Shown one piece after another: positions 57,859 through 64,000 of a DNA stretch of 64,000 bases. Position 1 is the stretch's first letter, and each line of letters starts with the position of its first letter. Source of the stretch: an uncultured Myxococcales bacterium (lineage in GTDB: Bacteria > Myxococcota > Myxococcia > Myxococcales > UBA5297); assembly GCA_937910285.1 (NCBI GenBank), contig CALEOC010000170.1, positions 26,000-89,999 on the forward strand. The letters are read 5' to 3'. The notes below the pieces were generated by a model. That model saw only the letters and a list, made by a program, of their open reading frames with translations. It ran no database searches and had not been told where the DNA came from. A program made the position numbers and the translations under genes.

Positions 57859-59199
57859 TCAACTTCTCCGGGCCGCGCGCGCTTCGGGCTCGGGCACTCC
57901 AGCTCGTCGGAACAACTCTATCGCCCGGTCGTGCTGCCCGGCAGCGAGCGCCGCGTCGCCGGCAAGCTCCCATGAGCCCAGTTGCTCGTACAGCCGCAAG
58001 GCCTCCTCGGGCCGGCCTGCCTCTATCCAGCTCTGGGCCGCTGCCGGCAGGTCGCCTGCCCGCTCGCACCAGCGGGCGGCCTCGCCCAAATCGCCCGACT
58101 CACGCGAGCGCCTCGCGCTCGCCTGCGCAAAGCCGAGCGCCTGTTCATCGAGCCCGGCCTGCTGCAGCCACTGGAAGGCAAGATCGGGCCTTCTCTCGCG
58201 CGCGAGGTCGAACGCACGCTCGTGGAGGCCGAACTTTCTGAGCACTTCGCCGGCAGCGGGGAGATCGCCTCGAGCCAGACGAAGCTCGGCCTCGGCGGCG
58301 ACGAGCCGCTCCATCCCTGCCAGATCGCCCGCCTTGCGCAAGCACTCGGCGGCCTTGAGCGTGCGGCCCGCGCGCTCGTAGGCCTGCGCCGCGTCGAGCC
58401 ACTGTTCAGCCCGCTCGTAGAGCCTGCCTATCTCGACGAAGTCGCCGCGGCCCGCGAGCAGGTCGAGGTAGAGGTCGCCCTGCTTGTGGCGCAACAGGAG
58501 CTCCCGCGCCCCCTTCGGTCCGACGGCGGTCGCGAGCTCGCGGACGGCCTCCAGATTGCCGGCCAGCAAGGCGACGCGCAGCGCGGCCCGCAGATCGCCC
58601 GCGGCGCGCCACGGCTCGAGCGCCGAGGAGTAGTCCTGGTGCTGCTCAAAGAGCCTGGCGGCGTCGGCGTGCCGGCCCTCACGCGCGGCAAGCGCGGCCG
58701 CCTCCTGCCATTCGCCTGCCCTCTGCAGCATCTTCATCGCCGGCTCGGTGCGGCCTGAAGCGGCGATGAGCAACGCGGCGCGCCGCTCGTCGCTCACGGC
58801 CCGCCAGATCTCCCCGAGGGTGAAGAGGATCTCCTTGCGCCTGGCCTCCTTCTCCGCGTCCTCCTGCGGGGGTTGACGGCCGGCCCGCAGCAAGGCGGTG
58901 AAAAGGCGGGTTCGCGCATCGAAATCGAGCTCGTCGATGCTGCCGAGCCGCAGCGCCTGCAGCCGCTCGAGGACCTTGGCAAACGGAGCCCTCTGGGCCT
59001 CGAAGTCGCCGGTCGTCAACGGGCGCTCGGCCTCCTTGAGCGCGCCGAGAATCGCCGCCTCGGCCCCGGCGCGTGCGCTCCGGGGTGGTTCGCCCCCTCG
59101 CCCGTCGCGGGCTCGCGGCGGCCCGCGCCTGCCAGAGCCTCGTCTCTCGACACCAGGGGCCCTCGGCCCAGAGCTGCCACTCTTCGAGTCTCGATTCAT
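57859..59199 (-). CDS. TPR-like helical-repeat protein
   Basis: About 446 aa. Repeated A/L/R/E-rich helix pairs with GD(L/F)xxA motifs (AGDLRAAL, KQGDLYLDL, RGDFVEIG, AGDLAGM, RGDLPAAG, SGDLGEAA, AGDLPAAA). The start is uncertain: the first 60 or so codons have atypical codon usage. Confidence 0.55.
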   Translation of the reverse strand: MNRDSKSGSSGPRAPGVERRGSGRRGPPRARDGRGGEPPRSARAGAEAAILGALKEAERPLTTGDFEAQRAPFAKVLERLQALRLGSIDELDFDARTRLFTALLRAGRQPPQEDAEKEARRKEILFTLGEIWRAVSDERRAALLIAASGRTEPAMKMLQRAGEWQEAAALAAREGRHADAARLFEQHQDYSSALEPWRAAGDLRAALRVALLAGNLEAVRELATAVGPKGARELLLRHKQGDLYLDLLAGRGDFVEIGRLYERAEQWLDAAQAYERAGRTLKAAECLRKAGDLAGMERLVAAEAELRLARGDLPAAGEVLRKFGLHERAFDLARERRPDLAFQWLQQAGLDEQALGFAQASARRSRESGDLGEAARWCERAGDLPAAAQSWIEAGRPEEALRLYEQLGSWELAGDAALAAGQHDRAIELFRRAGVPEPEARAARRS

Positions 59200-59371
59200 G
59201 TGGTCAAGGGTGCGTTGGCCAGCCGAATCCGTCAACGACCATCGAGCCTTGAAAGCCTTCAGGCCAATCGACCGATGCGAGTCCGGAAGTCCCGGCGTGA
59301 TAATCGATCGGGGCACCATGGCGACTGACAGCAGAGGAAAGACGCCGATGGCAGAACTGGAGGGCGGGAGC

Positions 59372-60070
59372 ATGCGGGCGCGACACGACAAGGAGCGAGG
59401 CCAGGCCGCCGTCGAGACCGCCCTGACGCTCCCGATGATGCTCTTTGCGCTGCTGGGCATCTTGCAGCTCACCCTGGCCTACCACGCCCGCATCCTCACC
59501 GAATACGCCGCCTTCAAGGCCGCCCGCGCCGGGAGCGTCTATCGCGCCGACTGCCGAAGGATGCAGCAGGCGGCGCTGATGGCGCTCGTCCCCTCGATGC
59601 CCACGGTCAAGGCAACGCCGCGCGAACAGTTCGTGCGAGCGGCCACCGCGGTGACGACCTGGCGCTTCAACCGGAGCAGCAAGTTCACGCCGTTGGTCTT
59701 CATCGACTACCGCATCGAGAACATGCGCCGGCCCTTTGACGTGCAGCTCGATCCGAACGCGGACGCACCGATGCGCCTTCGCATACGGCTCGCGTACTTC
59801 TTCGAGTACCGCATCCCCATGGTCAACTGGATCATGACGAAGTACTGGCTTGCCGTGAACACGGGGCGGCGCTGGGCTTCGACCGATCCCACGATGGCGA
59901 TGCTGCAGGCCAAGCAACCGGTCGCCATGGTGAGCACCGATGAGCTGGTGACCAACGCCCAGGCGGCGATCGCGCGCAGCTACTTCACCACGCCCATCGT
60001 CGCCACCTGGTCGATGCGGATGATGAGCGACCCGATGCCCAGGGAGCGGGGCGATGGGCGCTGCCGGTGA
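59372..60070 (+). CDS. TadE-like pseudopilin
   Basis: 232 aa from the ATG at 59372 (GGAGG 8 nt upstream). N-terminus ERGQAAVETALTLPMMLFALLGILQL matches the TadE-like domain. Confidence 0.75.
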   Translation: MRARHDKERGQAAVETALTLPMMLFALLGILQLTLAYHARILTEYAAFKAARAGSVYRADCRRMQQAALMALVPSMPTVKATPREQFVRAATAVTTWRFNRSSKFTPLVFIDYRIENMRRPFDVQLDPNADAPMRLRIRLAYFFEYRIPMVNWIMTKYWLAVNTGRRWASTDPTMAMLQAKQPVAMVSTDELVTNAQAAIARSYFTTPIVATWSMRMMSDPMPRERGDGRCR

Positions 60071-60089
60071 GCCGGAGGGAGGCCGCTGA

Positions 60090-61724
60090 ATGAATCGCTG
60101 GTCGAGACTCGAGAGACGGCTGGGGCGGCGTCGGGGTCAAGCGCTGACCATCGCGGCGCTCATCATGCTGCTCACCTTCGTGGCGGTGATGCTCACCTTC
60201 GCCATCGGCAACCGCACCCGCGAGAAGGTCAAGCTGCAATCCATCGCCGACGCGGGCGCCTACAGCCTCGCGGTGGCCGGGGCCCGCACGTTCAATTTCA
60301 CGGCGTGGTCCAACCGCGCCCACGTCGCGCACGACATCAGCATCCTGTCCATCCACTCGCACCAGAGCTACCTGAGCTGGTACGACAACATGCTGCAGGC
60401 GCAGGGGACCGCCCATTACATCGCGGCCGGGGTCATGGGCGCGATGTGCATTCCCTGCGCCCTCTCGGGCGTCTGCTGCCAGTCGTGCAGCAACGCGGGC
60501 AAAGCGGTCAAGGTCGGCAAGTATTACCGCAACGAAGTCCACAAGGAATTCCACCGCGACTACTTCACGGATACGAGCTACCACGACCATCTGCACAGGG
60601 GCGCCAAGGCGCACATGGGGTTGATTACAAATACCGGGCTCGCCCAATGGACGATGCTCGCCGATCTGTCCGCCAAGGCGACATCGCAGACCTTCGCCGA
60701 AGACGCCGCGAAGCTCATCGACAATCGGGCCCGCCCCGCCGGTGCGGCCGGACTCGCCAGCGCTCGAAACATCAACGGGGCCATCGGCTGGCACCCGGCC
60801 AACGCCGAGGAGTGGCTGGAGATCAACTCCGCCTCGCGCTGGCCGCAGTGGATCACCCGGCGCGGGTACGTCATCGAAGGCGGTCACTGGTGGCTCAAGT
60901 ACGCCGAGGCCGCGCAGAAGGGCACCCCCTGCGCCGTGCTGCCCATCCCGCCGCACAACAGCGGCAACGCGAAGATCCTCGGGATCAGCCCCCAGGGCAG
61001 CGAAGCGCGCGCCTTCAACGCCATCAAGAAGGCGGTCAATCGCAAGGAGCCGCACGGGCGGGATGCCTGGTCCGGCTTCAGGGACGGAGGAGGCCATGCC
61101 TTCGGCGCCTGGGACTCTGGCGGCGCTTCGGCGCTGTGGATCTGCGACTGCCCTGCCCCCGGCTACATGACCGCAAAGGGCGCCGCCTACTCGGACCCGA
61201 ACGACCGGGGGCACCAGCACGGCTGGCACCTCGTCGACGGCAAGCCGGTGAGCGCCTACACCGGCCATGGGCTCGGCGGCTGCGACAGCAACCGCGCCTG
61301 CGGGATCTACCAAGGCCACATGCGCTACAAGATGGCGACCGAGCGTTCGACCGGCGGGAGCACCGGCAATCCCTACCTCTGGCACCAGCCTCACACGGTC
61401 GCGTTCGTCACCAAACAGGCCAATCGCAGGCGAGAGGTCTGGGACTTCAACTTCCGCGCGACCTTGCCCCTTCCGGTCGCCTTCACGACCACCAACTCCC
61501 GGGGCGACGACCCGCCGATGGCCGCGATCGCCGGCGGGCTTGTCTACTACCACAAGCCCAACATCGGAGAGAGCGACGGCTGGAAGGAGCCCCCGAGTCT
61601 GTGGAACCCGTTCTGGCGCGCCAAGCTGCACCCGGTGACCCCGGGCGATGCGCGCCTGGCTTTCATCGGGCACGAGTCGTTCAACGCCTACAGCGTTCTT
61701 GGCCACAAGGCCCTCAACTACTAG
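60090..61724 (+). CDS. TadG-like (Tad N-terminal domain) protein with large Cys/His/Trp-rich domain
   Basis: 544 aa with GGAGGGA SD upstream. N-terminus RRGQALTIAALIMLLTFVAVMLTFAIGNRTREKVKLQSIADAGAYSLA matches the TadE/G-like 'Tad' domain. The remaining 480 or so aa are unassigned (MCIPCALSGVCCQSCSNAG, LWICDCPAPGY, many H and W). Confidence 0.7.
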   Translation: MNRWSRLERRLGRRRGQALTIAALIMLLTFVAVMLTFAIGNRTREKVKLQSIADAGAYSLAVAGARTFNFTAWSNRAHVAHDISILSIHSHQSYLSWYDNMLQAQGTAHYIAAGVMGAMCIPCALSGVCCQSCSNAGKAVKVGKYYRNEVHKEFHRDYFTDTSYHDHLHRGAKAHMGLITNTGLAQWTMLADLSAKATSQTFAEDAAKLIDNRARPAGAAGLASARNINGAIGWHPANAEEWLEINSASRWPQWITRRGYVIEGGHWWLKYAEAAQKGTPCAVLPIPPHNSGNAKILGISPQGSEARAFNAIKKAVNRKEPHGRDAWSGFRDGGGHAFGAWDSGGASALWICDCPAPGYMTAKGAAYSDPNDRGHQHGWHLVDGKPVSAYTGHGLGGCDSNRACGIYQGHMRYKMATERSTGGSTGNPYLWHQPHTVAFVTKQANRRREVWDFNFRATLPLPVAFTTTNSRGDDPPMAAIAGGLVYYHKPNIGESDGWKEPPSLWNPFWRAKLHPVTPGDARLAFIGHESFNAYSVLGHKALNY

Positions 61725-61741
61725 CCCCGCCGGAGGACGCC

Positions 61742-62743
61742 ATGCGCAAAGGCTTCAAGACCGAGCAAGGCGCGGCCGCCGCCGAGCTCGCGCTCGCCAC
61801 CATGCTCATCGTGCCGATGGCCCTCTATTCGATGTACGTCGGCGAGGCCTTCGTGGCGGGGCTCAAGGCTCAAGAGGCTGAGATCGCCGCAGCCTGGGAG
61901 ATTACGGCTTACCGGCTGCACAACTTCCGCTCGGGCAGCTACACCGGCCGCTTCGGCAGCGCCGCGAACCGCTCCGCGGACTCGGTCCACAACGACCTGC
62001 TCGACTTCGACTCGTTCGACCGCAGCAACAGCCACGGCAGGGTCAACGCGGTCAGCGAGTACGAGTTCAAGGAACTGCGCTGTAGCAGGCGCGGCGGCAG
62101 CTCGGCCGGCAACGGCATGGGACCGGGCTGGGGCCTCGGGGGCAGCTTCTTGTACTCGGACGGCTGGGTCGGTTGCCAGGCGCGGGTCGAGTTCAGGAAC
62201 CGCTTCCTTCCCCGCAACCCGCACAGCGAGTTCTTCCGCAACTCGGAGCTGCTGCCCAATGAGGTTTCGAAGCTCGAGCTCTGCGGTCTGGGCAACGATC
62301 CGCAAGGCTGCCGCGCGAGTCGCAACCGCGGGATGGCCCTGCTCACCGGTGACTGGGGGCTCGACAATCCGAGGTACAACCCCTTGGGCACCGAGAAGAA
62401 CCAAGAGTATTGGAACGTCGGCAACGACATCTACAAGTTCTTCGGCGGCGCCTATGCCGGCACGACTGCCATCCTGCTCGGCTTCACCCCGCTCGTGTAT
62501 GCGTGGGACCAGGCCAAGACGAGCACGTTCCGCATGACCTATCGGAAGACGATCAAGGAGCAGCAGGACGTCAGCACGGCAGCCGGCACGTTCAAAGCGC
62601 ACGCCTCGCCGCATTGTGACGAGGACCGCCCAGCCATCGAAGAGTACACGCACCGCATCAGGAACATGAGCGCCGAGGTCTATTCCGAGCGGACCATCGG
62701 CAACTATCTCGGCAAGAATCAGGCGGAGTGGAACCTGCAATGA
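61742..62743 (+). CDS. TadE-like pseudopilin with extended C-terminal domain
   Basis: 333 aa with GGAGGA 5 nt upstream. N-terminus EQGAAAAELALATMLIVPMALYSMYV is TadE-like. Confidence 0.65.
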   Translation: MRKGFKTEQGAAAAELALATMLIVPMALYSMYVGEAFVAGLKAQEAEIAAAWEITAYRLHNFRSGSYTGRFGSAANRSADSVHNDLLDFDSFDRSNSHGRVNAVSEYEFKELRCSRRGGSSAGNGMGPGWGLGGSFLYSDGWVGCQARVEFRNRFLPRNPHSEFFRNSELLPNEVSKLELCGLGNDPQGCRASRNRGMALLTGDWGLDNPRYNPLGTEKNQEYWNVGNDIYKFFGGAYAGTTAILLGFTPLVYAWDQAKTSTFRMTYRKTIKEQQDVSTAAGTFKAHASPHCDEDRPAIEEYTHRIRNMSAEVYSERTIGNYLGKNQAEWNLQ

Positions 62744-63750
62744 GCCGCAGCCCGCGCCAATTGCTCAGCCTCCGGGCGGCCGCCACGCTCCTATTCGGGC
62801 TTGGCCTCGGCCTTCTTGCCGGCCGGCTGACAGGCGCCGAGGCGCTCGACTCCCGGGGCCAAGCCCAGCCCGACGCGCTGGCGGCCACGCGGCACGAAGG
62901 CGGCACACCGGCGCTACGCTCCGAGGAGCGCGTCTGCGGCCCTGACCCGTTTTTCGAGGAGAGCGCCCTCTGCGTCGACGAGACCGAGGAGGATCTGGCT
63001 TTTCGCGAGCTCGAACGGATTCTGAGGCGCGAGTCGGGTCTGCTTGCCGGCCGGCTCGGCCAGGTGCGCACCGGGCAGGAGGCGCTGCGCGAGCGCTTCC
63101 CCGCGTTTCCACAGGCGTACACGCCCATCGTCTCCATGGGCGAGCAGGTGGTCGCCAACGGCGTCCCGATGGACCTCGCCTTTTTCGAGACCCGGGCCGA
63201 TGCGCCGCAGGTCCTCGAGTACTACACCCAGCACTTCGGCTCACGCGGCTGGTCATGGAGCGGGCTCAAGGAGAACTACCAGGTCATCCCCCACCCGGCG
63301 ATTAGCGCCATCGACCTCGAGGAGCGCGTGCAGATGACGGTGATGGTCCTGGAGAACCGCGACGAAGGCTACAGCACGGTCTTCCTTGGGCTCGCCGACA
63401 TGCTGCCCGAGGCCCAGCGGCCGCTCGAGGACGTCGGCGATCTTCCCGTGTTCCCGGGCACTGCCCCCTTGGCCCTGCGCTCGTTCGACGTCGAAGCTGC
63501 GACAAGCCTGACCGTCACCTTCACGGTGCCCGAGGCCCACGAGACCGTGGCGAGCTTCTACCGGGAGAGGATGCGCGAGCTCGGCTACTCGGAGGACGAG
63601 CCCACGCCCGCCGTCACCGACGAGGCCGGCGGGAGGCTCCAAACCCTGCGCTTTGCGTCCGCCCATGGGCGCTGGACGCTTGCCCTCGCCTCCTACGACG
63701 GCGAAACCGGGGTCACGGCCGTCAATTCGAGTCAGGAGGTGCAGCAATGA
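62740..63750 (+). CDS. hypothetical single-pass membrane protein in the Tad-like cluster
   Basis: About 336 aa. The ATG overlaps the upstream stop (ATGA); an alternative GTG start is at 62728. One N-terminal TM segment (LLFGLGLGLLAG). I recognise no domain. Confidence 0.55.
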   Translation: MSRSPRQLLSLRAAATLLFGLGLGLLAGRLTGAEALDSRGQAQPDALAATRHEGGTPALRSEERVCGPDPFFEESALCVDETEEDLAFRELERILRRESGLLAGRLGQVRTGQEALRERFPAFPQAYTPIVSMGEQVVANGVPMDLAFFETRADAPQVLEYYTQHFGSRGWSWSGLKENYQVIPHPAISAIDLEERVQMTVMVLENRDEGYSTVFLGLADMLPEAQRPLEDVGDLPVFPGTAPLALRSFDVEAATSLTVTFTVPEAHETVASFYRERMRELGYSEDEPTPAVTDEAGGRLQTLRFASAHGRWTLALASYDGETGVTAVNSSQEVQQ

Positions 63751-63959
63751 AGCGCCTAACCCTCGAGCCGTGCAGGCTCCTCGCAGCTCTGCTTCGCGAC
63801 GAGGACGGACAGGCCATGGTCGAATACTCGGTGACGACCATTCTCCTGCTGGGCTTCCTCGCCGTCGGCGTCTCCTGGCCGCTGACACGCAACCTGTTCG
63901 ATGGCCTTCAGGGATACATCGACCTTTATTTCTACGCGCTCAACCTCGCCCTCGGCTAG
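63747..63959 (+). CDS. flp: Flp/Fap-family type IVb pilin
   Basis: 70 aa. The ATG overlaps the upstream stop, with AGGAGG 8 nt upstream. LLRDEDGQAMVEYSVTTILLLGFLAVG fits the Flp prepilin motif (G / xxxxEY followed by a hydrophobic helix). Confidence 0.7.
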   Translation: MKRLTLEPCRLLAALLRDEDGQAMVEYSVTTILLLGFLAVGVSWPLTRNLFDGLQGYIDLYFYALNLALG

Positions 63960-64000
63960 GAGACGGCCAAGGGGAGCTCGGCAGCAGTTGTCACCTCTGG

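Overview
This is a very GC-rich chromosomal segment (roughly 70% by eye, not computed). Its gene content and protein style look myxobacterial (Myxococcota): several Hanks-type Ser/Thr kinases, PEGA, PilZ and DUF4388 proteins, Cys-rich secreted lipoproteins and DAG-rich acidic linkers. The organism assignment is inference. I support about 46 CDS. I found no rRNA, tRNA, CRISPR array, transposase or integrase.

Main blocks:
- Envelope and division genes on the minus strand: ftsE-ftsX-envC-hydrolase-ctpA-PEGA protein-small lipoprotein-ddl-GT2.
- A peptidoglycan-recycling operon: ldcA, a beta-lactamase-fold hydrolase, mpl and a Cys-less redoxin.
- treY followed by an isomerase-like gene.
- A divergent pair of a TetR regulator and a P-type ATPase.
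- Signalling genes: three kinases, a response regulator, and MshEN and PilZ domain proteins.
- A 1262-aa Cys-rich repeat lipoprotein in the centre of the window.
- A Tad/Flp-like pilus locus that runs off the 3' end.

Most unusual items:
1. A three-gene operon (4691-7393) in which an orphan Cse2/CasB-like small protein sits between a ParB-like (NGSHR) protein and a DGQHR/DndB-like protein. No cas, dnd, ssp or dpd gene is present anywhere in the window.
2. A dense array of TTACGCG/CGCGTAA heptamers and palindromes at 9813-10061.
3. A family of REP/MITE-like palindromic elements, including a 399-bp unit bounded by 47/49-matching 49-bp inverted repeats.
4. Near-identical DNA modules inside the giant Cys-rich gene.
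5. An atypical pseudopilin-first Tad/Flp cluster.

All homology statements come from motif recognition by eye on the supplied translations. No database search was run. Start codons were chosen from SD-like sequences, signal peptides and alignment logic, and may be off by a few codons.
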